A stretch of 64,000 nt of DNA from Candidatus Latescibacterota bacterium (GTDB lineage: Bacteria; Latescibacterota; UBA2968; SICM01), in the NCBI GenBank assembly GCA_965217865.1, contig CBDCJO010000002.1, positions 928,001 to 992,000 of the forward strand, read 5' to 3'. Of this stretch, positions 28,431 to 38,978 are shown piece by piece (the first letter of the stretch is position 1; the number at the start of each line of letters is the position of its first letter). The translations under genes were made by a program, and so were the position numbers. The notes below the pieces were generated by a model. That model was given only the letters and a program-made list of their open reading frames with translations. It was not told the origin of the DNA and ran no database searches.

Positions 28431-30349
28431 TTGTAGCTCCTTTGAGAAAGCGAGACGTTTTCGAAAACCAAGGGCTCTTTGTGGAGGGAGGGTGGGTCCC
28501 CAACGCCATTGAATTCCCAAGCGGCCACATGAGCAAATCGATCATCGTCTCTCAGCGCTTCGCCATCCGGGGTCTGGTGTTCTTCCCGAAAGTGGGCCCC
28601 GCAAGACTCTTCCCGCAGAAGGGCATCGTGGATCATAAGCTCACCAAACTCCATGAAGTCGGCCACCCGCCCCGCCCGCTCGAGTGTCTGATTGAACTCG
28701 CCGTATGACCCGGTGACCGTCAGGTCCGACCAGAACGCTTCTCTAATCTCGGCCACCTTTTCCACCGCCTGTTTGAGGCCAGCTTCATTTCGGGACATAC
28801 CGCAGTAATCCCAAAGGAGCAGGCCCAGTTGTCGGTGGAAGTCGTCCACGGTGCGATTACCGTTGATTGCCAGCAATTTGCCGATCCTATCGGAAACAGA
28901 TTTTTCAGCTTCCTTAAAGGCCGGATTGTCTGTGTCGACCTTTTTCATCGAGGAGGCCAGGTAACCCCCGATGGTATAGGGGATGGTGAAATAACCATCC
29001 GCGAGTCCCTGCATCAAGGCGCTTGCCCCAAGGCGGTTGGCACCGTGGTCCGAAAAATTGGCCTCCCCTATGACGAATAAGCCCGGTATGTTGCTCATCA
29101 AGTCGTAGTCCACCCAGAGACCGCCCATCGTATAGTGAACGGCTGGGTAGATACGCATGGGTGTCTTGTAGGGGTCCTCGTTCGTGATCTCCTCGTACAT
29201 CTTGAAAAGATTCCCGTACTTTTGTCGGATCACTTGCTCTCCGTCCCGAAGGATGGCGTCCCGGAAGTCTAGGTAAACCGCCCGGTCCGTGGCCCCGACC
29301 CCCCGCCCATCGTCGCAGACGGCCTTTGCATTTCGGGAGGCGACATCGCGTGGCACCAGGTTCCCAAAGCTGGGATACCTTCGCTCGAGATAGTAATCGC
29401 GTTCCTCTTCGGCTACGGATTCGGGAGGTCTCGTGTCGCCAGGCGTTTTCGGGACCCAAACCCTACCGTCGTTTCGCAGACTTTCGCTCATGAGTGTCAA
29501 CTTCGACTGATGGTTTCCGGACACGGGGATACAGGTGGGATGGATCTGTGTGAAACAGGGATTGGCGAAGAAAGCCCCAATTCTATGAGCCCGCCACGAA
29601 GCCGTCACATTACAGGCCATGGCATTCGTCGATAGGAAGAAGGCGTTGCCGTATCCTCCCGTAGCGAGGACAACCGCGTCGGCCACGTAGGACTCTATCT
29701 TCCCGGTGACAAGATTCCGGGCAATAATTCCCCGTGCCGAACCTTCCACGAGGACCAGTTCCAACATCTCCCGTCGGGGGAAGAGGGTTATTTTGCCAGC
29801 GGCGACCTGGCGCATCATGGCCCCGTAGGCGCCCAGGAGCAGTTGCTGGCCCGTTTGTCCCCGGCAGTAGAACGTCCGTGAGACCTGAGCTCCTCCAAAC
29901 GATCGGTTTGCCAGGGTGCCGCCGTACTCTCGAGCGAAAGGCACCCCCTGAGCCGTGCATTGATCGATGATGTTGTTGCTGACCTGAGCTAAGCGATAGA
30001 CGTTGGCCTCTCTCGAACGATAATCGCCGCCTTTGATTGTATCATAGAAAAGTCGATGTACGCTGTCTCCGTCATTCTGATAATTCTTGGCCGCGTTAAT
30101 GCCGCCTTGGGCAGCGATACTGTGGGCCCTACGAGGGCTGTCGTGGATGCAAAAGGATAACACGTTGTAGCCCAACTCTCCTAGAGAGGCGGCAGCGGAA
30201 GCGCCTGCAAGTCCCGTTCCAACGACGATGATGTGATGTTTCCGTTTGTTGGCCGGATTGACAAGCTTCAACTCAAACTTGTGCTTGTCCCATTTCTGCT
30301 CCAAAGGACCGCCGGGGATGTGTCCATCGAGTGTCATCAGCATCTCCAA
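28427..30349 (-). CDS. sdhA: Succinate dehydrogenase flavoprotein subunit (b558-associated type)
   Basis: Motifs [38 protein letters not shown] and [10 protein letters not shown]. Confidence 0.93.
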   Translation of the reverse strand: MEMLMTLDGHIPGGPLEQKWDKHKFELKLVNPANKRKHHIIVVGTGLAGASAAASLGELGYNVLSFCIHDSPRRAHSIAAQGGINAAKNYQNDGDSVHRLFYDTIKGGDYRSREANVYRLAQVSNNIIDQCTAQGVPFAREYGGTLANRSFGGAQVSRTFYCRGQTGQQLLLGAYGAMMRQVAAGKITLFPRREMLELVLVEGSARGIIARNLVTGKIESYVADAVVLATGGYGNAFFLSTNAMACNVTASWRAHRIGAFFANPCFTQIHPTCIPVSGNHQSKLTLMSESLRNDGRVWVPKTPGDTRPPESVAEEERDYYLERRYPSFGNLVPRDVASRNAKAVCDDGRGVGATDRAVYLDFRDAILRDGEQVIRQKYGNLFKMYEEITNEDPYKTPMRIYPAVHYTMGGLWVDYDLMSNIPGLFVIGEANFSDHGANRLGASALMQGLADGYFTIPYTIGGYLASSMKKVDTDNPAFKEAEKSVSDRIGKLLAINGNRTVDDFHRQLGLLLWDYCGMSRNEAGLKQAVEKVAEIREAFWSDLTVTGSYGEFNQTLERAGRVADFMEFGELMIHDALLREESCGAHFREEHQTPDGEALRDDDRFAHVAAWEFNGVGDPPSLHKEPLVFENVSLSQRSYK

Positions 30350-30350
30350 G

Positions 30351-30986
30351 CTAGGTGAAGATGGCCATCAAGATGGGGATGGAACCAAAACCCACGCCCA
30401 GGACAACCGAAAGAAGGAGGCCTAATACCTTTATTTTCTTTGAAGTTAGAGTAAGGGTTTGAAAGGCGCTGCAGAAAGCATGCCAGAGATGGAAACCGAG
30501 GACCACCATGGAAAAGACATACCAGACCAGGTAGCCTGTGGTTTGGAACGTAAGCGATACGAGATCGTAGAGGGTCCCTGAGCCGAGATCTCCATATTTG
30601 AATGTCTTCAGATGGATGACGACGAAGATCAGGATCAGGATTCCGGAAAAAAACATAGTGGAAGAAGCCCAGCTCCGTCCCCCGACCGCGCGGCTTTTCG
30701 CCTGATAGGGGATCGGACGAGCCCGTCGGTTTTCGAGGGTGACGCTTATGGCCAGATAGATATGCAACAAGAAGACGGCCAGGAGGACCAGTTCGATCGG
30801 GACCAACAGTGGGTGGCTGGTCAGGAACTCGGAATAAGCGTTGAACGCCTGACCGCCATCACCCTTGAACAACAGCGTGTTTCCGGCCAGGTGGCCGATG
30901 AGAAAACCGTAGAGCATCAGACCGGTAATGGCCATTCCGATTTTTTTACCGATCAGGGATGAGAAAAATGCCGCCACGTTCGTCAT
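30351..30986 (-). CDS. sdhC: Succinate dehydrogenase cytochrome b558 subunit
   Basis: IGKK..MAITG; five TMs with heme-ligand His in HLAGN, LHI, IHL and FHLWH. Confidence 0.9.
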   Translation of the reverse strand: MTNVAAFFSSLIGKKIGMAITGLMLYGFLIGHLAGNTLLFKGDGGQAFNAYSEFLTSHPLLVPIELVLLAVFLLHIYLAISVTLENRRARPIPYQAKSRAVGGRSWASSTMFFSGILILIFVVIHLKTFKYGDLGSGTLYDLVSLTFQTTGYLVWYVFSMVVLGFHLWHAFCSAFQTLTLTSKKIKVLGLLLSVVLGVGFGSIPILMAIFT

Positions 30987-31310
30987 TTGTTACGGTTAAC
31001 CTTATCTGGAGTCTCAGGGGCCAAAATCTGAAAAAAGAGAACTAATCGATTTAAGCAATTAAAAAACATTATATTGTCGGTGTTGTTCCGCTCGATATCC
31101 CATCTAAAATAGGAGGGACATTTAAAAAAGCAAGTACTTTTCGCCCTCCAGTTTCGAACCGGGCAAAGTCGGGTCAGGGTTGATCGTGGGGGGGGGTCAA
31201 TTTTTCGTGGTGGACGGCTCCTGGCACGACATGTTTTAAATCGATGCGGCTTGTCTTAAGCTTCATTTTTCATTATCATATTCGCCTGTTGGATCGATCT
31301 TTTTGCGGAG

Positions 31311-32072
31311 GTGCGTGTGCCGTTCAATTTTAACTGGGTGATCGAGGGGGAGCTGGCCGGGATGGGAAGGCCCGGATCGGCGATGGAACTGACGGGAGAG
31401 ATGAGTCCCGTTGAGAGACGATTCCTCGGGTGGATGGCCGGATCCAGGGACCTCCGGATGGAGAGAAAGGCCCTTGCTCTCCGGATCGGCGTAGAGGAGA
31501 CCGATGATTTCGAAATAGACCGGCGACTGATTCAGGTGTACAAGAAGTTCAGGGATGTTTGGGGGATTTTGGAGTCATACCGTGAAGGGATGGGCCAAAA
31601 TGGGGAGGCTTTGGATTCTTTTCGTCTCAACCCGGAGAAACTCAGGACCGATCTGTTGTTTTTGAAAGATCAGGGGATCGGCTCTGTCGTTACACTCTCC
31701 GAAAAACCCCTAGATCCGGAAGTCTTGGCAGAATTCGATTTCGATGTTGCCCATATTCCTCTTGTGGACGGACGGGCCCCGGAGCAAGACCTCATTGATG
31801 TGTTTGTGGGCTATGTTCACCGCACTCTGAATGCAGGTATGGCGGTGGTCGTTCACTGCCTGGGGGGTTACGGGCGAACGGGGACGACGCTGGCGTGTTA
31901 CCTCCTCCATCGAGGCCGGACGGCGGAGGAGGCCATACAAGAGGTGCGATCGAAGAGACCGGGTTCAATCGAAGCGGGAGATCAGGAAGACGCGGTGCAG
32001 GTGTATGAGGGGCGGAAACTGGGGGTGGAGACGTCCGCCCCAGATTCCGGATCGCCAACCCTGGGATCGTAA
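31311..32072 (+). CDS. Dual-specificity/tyrosine phosphatase (DUSP23/CDC14-like) with a large insertion
   Basis: NFNWVIEGELAGMGRPG, general-acid loop HIPLVDGRAP, catalytic HCLGGYGRT and VRSKRPGSIE..DQ. Confidence 0.85.
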   Translation: MRVPFNFNWVIEGELAGMGRPGSAMELTGEMSPVERRFLGWMAGSRDLRMERKALALRIGVEETDDFEIDRRLIQVYKKFRDVWGILESYREGMGQNGEALDSFRLNPEKLRTDLLFLKDQGIGSVVTLSEKPLDPEVLAEFDFDVAHIPLVDGRAPEQDLIDVFVGYVHRTLNAGMAVVVHCLGGYGRTGTTLACYLLHRGRTAEEAIQEVRSKRPGSIEAGDQEDAVQVYEGRKLGVETSAPDSGSPTLGS

Positions 32073-32083
32073 GGAGGGGTCGA

Positions 32084-33421
32084 ATGCAGTATATCGATCT
32101 AAAGAAACTTCGGGAGGACGCGCGTAGTATTTTCGATGCTGCGCTGGAGGCGGCGGATCCCAAGATCTGCGTGCGAAATGCGATGGGTATAGAAGGGAGG
32201 GACCTTCGCATCGGGGAGGATTCATACGATTTAGAAAAATTTTCGCAAATCCTTGTCGTGGGAGCAGGGAAGGCATCCGCCCAGATGGCCCTGGCAGTGG
32301 AAAACCTTCTGGGTGTGCAGGTGAGCGGTGGGCTGATCAACACGAAGTATGAACACGGGATACCGCTGGATCGGATCGAGATCAACGAATGCGGTCACCC
32401 GGTTCCAGACGAGGCAGGTATTGAGGGGACAGAGCGAATCATCAAATTAGTGGAAGACGCGGGTGAGCAAACGCTCGTGCTCTGTCTGGTATCGGGCGGA
32501 GGGTCCGCGTTGATGCCGGCACCCGCTGACGGAATCAGCTTCGGAGAGAAACAGGAGACAACCCGGCAACTTCTGGCTTGCGGAGCGACGATCAACGAAA
32601 TGAATGCGGTTCGGAAACACCTCTCGAAGGTGAAGGGGGGGCAGCTGGCAAGGGTCGCCCACCCGGCGACGGTCGTATCCCTGATCCTATCGGATGTGAT
32701 CGGGGATCCGCTGGATGTGATTGCATCCGGTCCAACGGCTCCCGATGCGAGCGGATTTGAGGATTGTCTCGAGATTTTTCAAAAATATGGGATCCAGGGG
32801 CAGATACCCCAAGGCGTGGTGGACCGGATCCGTGAGGGGGTTGCCGGGAAGGTTCCCGAAACGCCTAAAGCCGGAGACAGCAGCCTGAACCGGTGCACCA
32901 ATCTGGTCGTGGGGAGCAATCGTGTGGCTGTTTCCGCGGCACGCGACAAGTCGAATGGGATGGGTTATCATTCCCAGATCCTGTCCACCCGGATCGAGGG
33001 GGAGGCGCGGGAGGTGGCCAGGGTGTTTGCTGCGATCGGTAAGGAGATCCGCACGACCGGCCAACCCGTTTCACCTCCCGCTTGCGTGATCTGCGGGGGG
33101 GAAACGACAGTCACGCTCAACGGGAAGGGGAAGGGGGGGCGAAATCAAGAAATCGGCTTAGCCGCTGCTATTGAGATCCAGGGCTGGCCGAATCTTGTCA
33201 TCTTCAGCGGCGGGACAGATGGAACTGACGGGCCCACAAATGCTGCGGGCGCTCTGGCTGACGGAGAGACGATAGACCGGGCGGACCGGTTGGGACTGTC
33301 TGCGGCGGATTTCCTGCGAGAAAACGACTCCTACCATTTCTTTGAAAAGCTGGACGACCTGCTTCTGACCGGCCCTACGGGAACCAATGTGATGGATGTG
33401 GCGTTGATTATGGTTGGTTGA
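32084..33421 (+). CDS. Glycerate 2-kinase (GckA/TtuD, DUF4147 plus MOFRL)
   Basis: Motifs GAGKAS, HPVPD, SGGGSAL, KGGQLA, SDVIGD, GGETTV, GGRNQE, GTDGTDG and TGTNVMD. Confidence 0.92.
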   Translation: MQYIDLKKLREDARSIFDAALEAADPKICVRNAMGIEGRDLRIGEDSYDLEKFSQILVVGAGKASAQMALAVENLLGVQVSGGLINTKYEHGIPLDRIEINECGHPVPDEAGIEGTERIIKLVEDAGEQTLVLCLVSGGGSALMPAPADGISFGEKQETTRQLLACGATINEMNAVRKHLSKVKGGQLARVAHPATVVSLILSDVIGDPLDVIASGPTAPDASGFEDCLEIFQKYGIQGQIPQGVVDRIREGVAGKVPETPKAGDSSLNRCTNLVVGSNRVAVSAARDKSNGMGYHSQILSTRIEGEAREVARVFAAIGKEIRTTGQPVSPPACVICGGETTVTLNGKGKGGRNQEIGLAAAIEIQGWPNLVIFSGGTDGTDGPTNAAGALADGETIDRADRLGLSAADFLRENDSYHFFEKLDDLLLTGPTGTNVMDVALIMVG

Positions 33422-34809
33422 TACTCCCCCCCTGCAAACCGGCATCGAACATGACAAGAGGATCCCAATTGATATTCATGCTTTCTTTTTTAATTTTTTT
33501 GGTCGGATTCCCGTTCCTCGCAACCACGCTAAATGGAGGAACTGGAGCCCAGAGTTCGTACGCGGGTTTGACAGACGATCGCGATCGGGCAAAATTATAT
33601 TTTGAGAAGGGAGAGATCGACTCGGCCATCACCGCCTTCCAAAAGGTTGTGGATGCCAGCCCCGATGTCGCGGAATTGAGGTCCCAGCTGGGTTTTCTTT
33701 ACGCAGAGGCCGGACGGATCGACGAGGCGATTTCGGTATATCGCAAGGCGCTGGAGCTGGATCCAAGCGATACCCAGAGGTGGACCGTTCTCGCCATGCT
33801 CTACTCAGGTGAGGGCCGTTTTGATGAGGCCTTGGCTTCGCTTCAAATGGCGCTGGCGCAGGACCCGAATGACCCGGAGCTGATGACCAACCTGGGGACA
33901 ATCCATCTCTCCATGGCGGATACGGCCATAGCACTGGCTGCATACCGGAGGGCCATCTTCCTTTTCCCCGATAGACCCGAAGGGCACAGCGCATTCGGTT
34001 TTGTCATGGCAAATGTGGGATCCTTGGATGTGGCTGTGTCCGAATTTAAGAAGGCCATCGCTCTGGATCCAGACGATGTGGATATTCGTGTGGGCCTTGC
34101 GGAAGTCTATTATAGAAAAGGAGATATCGACTCCTCCCTGGTGAGTTATCAGCGCCTCCTGATCATCGATCCGGATCGAGACGAAGCTCGCTATCAACTC
34201 GGCATGATATATGAGGAAAAGGAGATGCCGGACTCGGCTGTTGCCGAATTCCGTCGTTGCATCGAGGCCGCGCCGGAATGGGTGCTTCCTCAGAGCCGCC
34301 TGGCTTCTCTATATCTCCGCTATGGGAGGCTTGAGTCGGCCCTCGCGGCCTATCAACGTTGCCTTATGCTGGTTCCTGAGGACCCTGGATTTCACAACGA
34401 CATGGGGGTTATTTACACCAGGAGGGGGCAGATCGATTCGGCGATCGCGGCTTACGAGCGGTCCATCCGGTTGAGCAGGGATCCCAATTCCTTACGGGAT
34501 GCGCAAATCAACCTGGGGATCGTGCGTTCGATCCAGGGGGGTGAAATGCGGGTCCGCCACATCCTGGTGAAAACCGTTGCAGAGGCCGAGGAGATCCTGA
34601 AACTCCTCGGGGAAGGAACCGATTTCGCAGAGCTTGCTCGAATACGGTCCATCGACCCGAGTGCCCCGGATGGAGGCCTTACAGGGTTCTTCTCCCAGGG
34701 GGACCTGGATCCCGAATTTGAGGCCGCGGTCATGGGGATCCAGAAGGGGGAGATCAGTAACATTGTGAAGACACAACTTGGGTATCATATTATTCAAAGG
34801 TTGAACTGA
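33418..34809 (+). CDS. Exported TPR-repeat protein with a C-terminal parvulin (PpiC) PPIase domain
   Basis: N-terminal hydrophobic signal and about 10 TPRs, then RHILVK...DFAELAR..S.D...GG..G...PEFE...KTQLGYHII. The start may be the ATG at 33451. Confidence 0.88.
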   Translation: MILPPCKPASNMTRGSQLIFMLSFLIFLVGFPFLATTLNGGTGAQSSYAGLTDDRDRAKLYFEKGEIDSAITAFQKVVDASPDVAELRSQLGFLYAEAGRIDEAISVYRKALELDPSDTQRWTVLAMLYSGEGRFDEALASLQMALAQDPNDPELMTNLGTIHLSMADTAIALAAYRRAIFLFPDRPEGHSAFGFVMANVGSLDVAVSEFKKAIALDPDDVDIRVGLAEVYYRKGDIDSSLVSYQRLLIIDPDRDEARYQLGMIYEEKEMPDSAVAEFRRCIEAAPEWVLPQSRLASLYLRYGRLESALAAYQRCLMLVPEDPGFHNDMGVIYTRRGQIDSAIAAYERSIRLSRDPNSLRDAQINLGIVRSIQGGEMRVRHILVKTVAEAEEILKLLGEGTDFAELARIRSIDPSAPDGGLTGFFSQGDLDPEFEAAVMGIQKGEISNIVKTQLGYHIIQRLN

Positions 34810-34883
34810 AGGGAGTAAACTGATCCGGGGGGATTCGGCGATTCTGGAAGGGCCTCTCGCCCGGTTTTTCGAAATTTGGCTCT

Positions 34884-35878
34884 GTGAAACGCTATCGCAT
34901 CCTGTTTCTTCTCCTCGGGTTCTTCCTGCTGGCCGTCCTGATCTATCGGACTGGCCCTCAGCTCATACTCTCATATATCGGGATGATCGGGTGGAGGTTT
35001 ATCCTGATCATCGGGGCGGCTTTTTGCTGGCAACTCGGAAACACCATCGCGTGGGGATTGGCCTTCGAACGGAAAGTGGCCCCTCCATTTGGAATCCAGT
35101 TTTTCGCCAAGTTAGGGAGCGATGCGATCAATCACATCACCCCGCTGTTGAACCTTGGAGGCGAGTTCGTAAAGCCTTACCTGATCCGCTCCCATGCCCC
35201 GATCCCTGCAGGCTTTTCATCGATCATCATCACCAAAACCCTTCAAGCCGTGGCAGGCGTGATCTACGCGCTGGTCGGGCTATCGGTTGCGTTCTTCATC
35301 TTTGATCTTCTCGTAGTCGCATGGGTGACAATGGGGCTTTTTTTGCGACGGGAACTGCCCTCGTCGTGTGGCTCCTTGTTCAACAGCAGAAGGACCTTTT
35401 CTCGACGATTCGGGACAGGCTTTCCCGGTTCAACTTTTTTTCATTCCCCGCTGAAGTCCGGGGGGTCAATCTGCACGAGATGGACTCGTGCCTTGTGAAC
35501 ACCTACCGCCATCAAAGGCTCCGGCTCGGGATCGCGGTTCTTTTTCACGGAATAAGCTGGATTTTTGGGGTGCTCGAAACCTGGCTGATAGCCCACTATC
35601 TGGACGAACCGATCTCTTTTGGAACCGCTTTTTTTCTGACATCCCTCTCCTCCGTTATCAACACGGCTTTCTTTTTTGTCCCGGGTGGAATCGGTGTTTG
35701 GGAGGGGGGCCAGGCATTCCTTTTCGCCCTTCTTGGCCTTCCCCTTGCTGCGGGGTTGACCGTCGGGCTTATCAAAAGAATTCGGAAGCTCTTCTATGTC
35801 CTCGCAGGTCTCCTGATGCTCTCCGGGTGGATCATCAAGCCCTTGGATGTGAATTCAAAGGGTATAAAAATAAACTAA
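34884..35878 (+). pseudogene. Lysylphosphatidylglycerol-synthase TM / flippase-like (HpnL-like) protein, frameshifted
   Basis: The N-half (AINHITP..NLGGEFVK) and C-half (FFVPGGIGVWEGG, IKRIR) lie in different frames joined at the T7 run 35338-35344. One extra T restores a single ORF. Could be a sequencing error. Confidence 0.75.
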
Positions 35879-36008
35879 ATAGGGTGTATCGTTAGGGCAC
35901 AGTGTGATTCGCGCGCTTTCCTTCAGGCCATCGCGTCGTCAGCCGCGCGCCACCCCTCCGGGAGTTTAACGCCCGCGCCAGGGCTTAATCGCTAACCCGG
36001 GTTGATAA

Positions 36009-37430
36009 ATGGCTACAATGGCAAAGTTTATGCTACCAGACACCGGTATGACCCCTTACCCAAAAACCGGAAAACCTGCGGGATTCGCCACCCCGGGTTT
36101 TATCACCCTGCTGTTGATTTTTCTTCTCACGGATTCGGTGCCTGCGGCCGAACCGGATTCCCTGATTGTGCGTATGTCGTTGAAGGATTGCATCTCGCGT
36201 GCTCTGGAGGTCAGTCCGGAGCTCGATGGAGATCGGTTCGGTGTTCGGGCTGCGGAAGCGAAATTGAGAGAAGCAAAGGCCTCCCGCTTCGTGCCAAAAT
36301 TCGAGATGACGCAGATTATCGGCCCTTCCCCGGAAGCCCGCGGGAATGCAGTCACAGGGCGATCGGAATGGAACAATCTCAGCCTGTTTGGACGAACCGA
36401 AATCGAATTCCTCCAACCTCTCTACACATCGGGGAAATGGAACGCCTCACGGGATTTGGCCGCTGCGGGTGTCACCGCAAGGGAAGCCGGGCTGGAACAG
36501 CGGCGCGCGGAAGTCGTCAAACGGGTCAAAGAGCTTTACTACGGGCTGCTCTTGGCGAAACAGCTGCATTTGGTGGCTATCGAAAGCCGTGACGAGGTTA
36601 AAGATGCCCGAAAAAGGCTCCTGAAGAAGCTCGATGAAGACTCCGAAGAAGTTTCTTATACCGATCTCTTCAAACTGGATACATTCACTTTCAAGGTTGA
36701 TCAGGGACTCCACCGGGTAGAGAAGGAGTTGGCCATGGCCCGGTCGGCGTTGACGAAGATGCTCGATTTGAAAACGGATAACCTGGACTTAGCGGAAGAA
36801 GTTTTGGAACAGGAGAAGGTGGAGATCGGCCGGATGGAAGATTATATCGCGCAGGCATGGAAAGACCGGCCAGAAATGAGGAGGCTTACAGCAGGGGTGG
36901 AGGCGCGCCTGGCCCAGGTGCGCCTAGCTCGCAGCGATTACTATCCACAATTGTTCGTTGCCGGCCAGGCGAAGTTCGCCTATGCCCCCAATCGGGATGA
37001 CCAACACAGTCCGTTCGCAAAGGACGACTTCAACTTTAGTCGGATAGGGGCAGTGTTCGGATTAAAACAGTCGCTCTCATTCGGTTTGACAGCGTCTCGT
37101 GTCGCCCATGCCCGTTTCGAGTACCAGAAAGTTCTGAACACCGAAAGGGCCGTACGGGACGGAATTGCCCTGGAAGTGGAGCAGGCCTTTCGGGAGCTTC
37201 TCGAAGCGGGAAAGAATGTTGAGAGCGGGAAACGGGCGTTGAGATCGTCGAGGAGCTGGATGGTCGCGGCCCGAGACGCTTTCAACATCGGCCTCGGTGA
37301 AGTCAAAGAGGTGATCGATGCAGTCAAGGCTTACGGGGAGATGAGGGTCGAATACTTTCGGGCAATTTTTGACTTCAACAGGTCGATTGCCCGGCTCGAC
37401 AAGATGACGGGGAAGGAGTACCCTCATTGA
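36009..37430 (+). CDS. TolC-family outer membrane protein
   Basis: Signal peptide, SL.DCI..AL..SP, QPLYT.GK, VKELYYGL, RPE, A.SDYYP and A.LDKMTG. Confidence 0.88.
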   Translation: MATMAKFMLPDTGMTPYPKTGKPAGFATPGFITLLLIFLLTDSVPAAEPDSLIVRMSLKDCISRALEVSPELDGDRFGVRAAEAKLREAKASRFVPKFEMTQIIGPSPEARGNAVTGRSEWNNLSLFGRTEIEFLQPLYTSGKWNASRDLAAAGVTAREAGLEQRRAEVVKRVKELYYGLLLAKQLHLVAIESRDEVKDARKRLLKKLDEDSEEVSYTDLFKLDTFTFKVDQGLHRVEKELAMARSALTKMLDLKTDNLDLAEEVLEQEKVEIGRMEDYIAQAWKDRPEMRRLTAGVEARLAQVRLARSDYYPQLFVAGQAKFAYAPNRDDQHSPFAKDDFNFSRIGAVFGLKQSLSFGLTASRVAHARFEYQKVLNTERAVRDGIALEVEQAFRELLEAGKNVESGKRALRSSRSWMVAARDAFNIGLGEVKEVIDAVKAYGEMRVEYFRAIFDFNRSIARLDKMTGKEYPH

Positions 37431-38149
37431 GTGTCCTCAAATCGATTTTGTGTGTGCTGATATTATCCGTGTTGTTATTTGGGCTCCCGAATACCGTGAT
37501 GGGGGACCCGGAGGAGATCGTGCTGGAGGATTTCTCCGAGGGACTCGTGGGAGGGTTTCCCCCGGGGTGGGGATGGCGGGGGAAGGATAACAAGAACCCA
37601 AAACGCTATGTTATCCAGGAGGCGAACGGAAAGCGGTACCTGAACGCCAAGGACGATGGGAAGTCTGTCGTCATCATCAAAAAGATATCGTGGAGGCTTC
37701 GGGATTACCCCGTTCTGACCTGGCGATGGCGTGCGAAGATCCTGCCCCCTGGAGGAGATGAGAGAATCGGTAATAAGAATGACAGTGCATTGGGATTGTA
37801 TGTGATCTTCTCTCAAAACTTGATTCGGATTCCGAAGCAGATCAAATATGTCTGGAGTACGACGCTGCCCGTGGATACGATCGCGGATAGGAATTTGATC
37901 GGCCGTCCCCGCGTACGTGTCTTACGGACCGGGACGCACCGTCTTGGAGAGTGGGTGATAGAACGCGTAAACCTCTATGAAGACTACAAACGGATTTGGG
38001 GTGGGGAGCCCAAAGATAAAACAGTGGGCATTGCGATTCTTACCGATGCGGATGCCACTCACACCTTCGCAGAGGGGGATTATATGGATATTGTGGTTAT
38101 GAAGGAGGACCTCCGAACCTCCACCCAAACCGGGGAAACCGAAGAGTAG
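37427..38149 (+). CDS. DUF3047 domain exported protein
   Basis: Signal peptide, YPVLTWRWR..LP.GGDE....NDSA...YVIF, KYVWS, W..ERVNL.EDY and IAILTDAD.T. Confidence 0.8.
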   Translation: MSVLKSILCVLILSVLLFGLPNTVMGDPEEIVLEDFSEGLVGGFPPGWGWRGKDNKNPKRYVIQEANGKRYLNAKDDGKSVVIIKKISWRLRDYPVLTWRWRAKILPPGGDERIGNKNDSALGLYVIFSQNLIRIPKQIKYVWSTTLPVDTIADRNLIGRPRVRVLRTGTHRLGEWVIERVNLYEDYKRIWGGEPKDKTVGIAILTDADATHTFAEGDYMDIVVMKEDLRTSTQTGETEE

Positions 38150-38174
38150 ATTGAAGAGAAGGGGGATCTGGAAC

Positions 38175-38828
38175 ATGGGATTGCAAATTTCTCGATGCCT
38201 GGGGATTCTTTTACTGACCGGGTGTATGCTGACGCTTCAGGCTCGGGGTGTAAAATCATCGGAGGTGACTCTGGAGCAGAAATTGATCGACACGATGAAG
38301 AAGCGAGATAGCGCCATTCGGACGATCGCCCTTTCGACGGAGGGTCCGTTGGACCCGAGGGGCCGAGAGAAGATGAAGGCGATCGTCGGGGATGCTTTCG
38401 ACTACCACGAGTTGAGTCGAAGGTCCCTTAAGAAACACTGGCCAAAACGGACACCCGCCGAGCGGAAGGAATTTGCGGATCTGTACAGGCGACTTATCGA
38501 GAAAAGCTACGCCGATCCGAAACTGTATCGGAAGGTCGAAAAGATCGTCTACGATGGCGCTGACGTGGTGAATTCGTTGGCGAGGGTGAAGACCACGGTG
38601 CATTACAAAGGGGAGACCAGCGCTATGGTATATGCCTTGCATCGCGTGGGCGAAAAGTGGCTGATCATAGACATGGTCATCGACGATGTGAGTGTGGTTC
38701 GGAACAACCGTCAGAATTTCTACAGAGAGATCGCCAAATCGTCGTACGGAAAGCTGGTCGAGAAAATAAAGAACAAATTGTCTGAGGAGCCGTCAGATTC
38801 GGATAAAGCTTCTGCTAAGACGTTTTGA
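38175..38828 (+). CDS. MlaC/Ttg2D (HpnM-like) periplasmic lipid-binding protein
   Basis: Motifs FDY.ELSR.SL..HW..RTP.ER.EF, W.IIDMVIDDVS.V.N.R.NF and SY..LVEKI. Confidence 0.85.
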   Translation: MGLQISRCLGILLLTGCMLTLQARGVKSSEVTLEQKLIDTMKKRDSAIRTIALSTEGPLDPRGREKMKAIVGDAFDYHELSRRSLKKHWPKRTPAERKEFADLYRRLIEKSYADPKLYRKVEKIVYDGADVVNSLARVKTTVHYKGETSAMVYALHRVGEKWLIIDMVIDDVSVVRNNRQNFYREIAKSSYGKLVEKIKNKLSEEPSDSDKASAKTF

Positions 38829-38865
38829 GGGCAAGATCTTAGGGGCCATCCGCCGTATTCCGCCC

Positions 38866-38894
38866 TTGCGGTCATATCAGGAATATATTATATT
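38866..38894 (+). promoter_or_regulatory. Putative sigma70 promoter of the radical SAM gene
   Basis: TTGCGG-17 nt-TATATT. Confidence 0.4.
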
Positions 38895-38978
38895 TAGGAG
38901 TCTTGGACGCAATTGTCCGCGCGCGAATTTGTGGCGGTATTTCACCGAGTCGACACCTCAGTTTAGGAATGGATCTCC

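Noticed and set aside
31221-31240. Further sigma54-like half sites (TGGCACG near 31222; TGGAACG near 57263)
   Set aside because: No TTGC element at the -12 position.
35879-36005. Second attC-like or structured element before tolC (GTTAGGGC; CGCGCCAGGGC)
   Set aside because: No matching inverse core in the right order or register.
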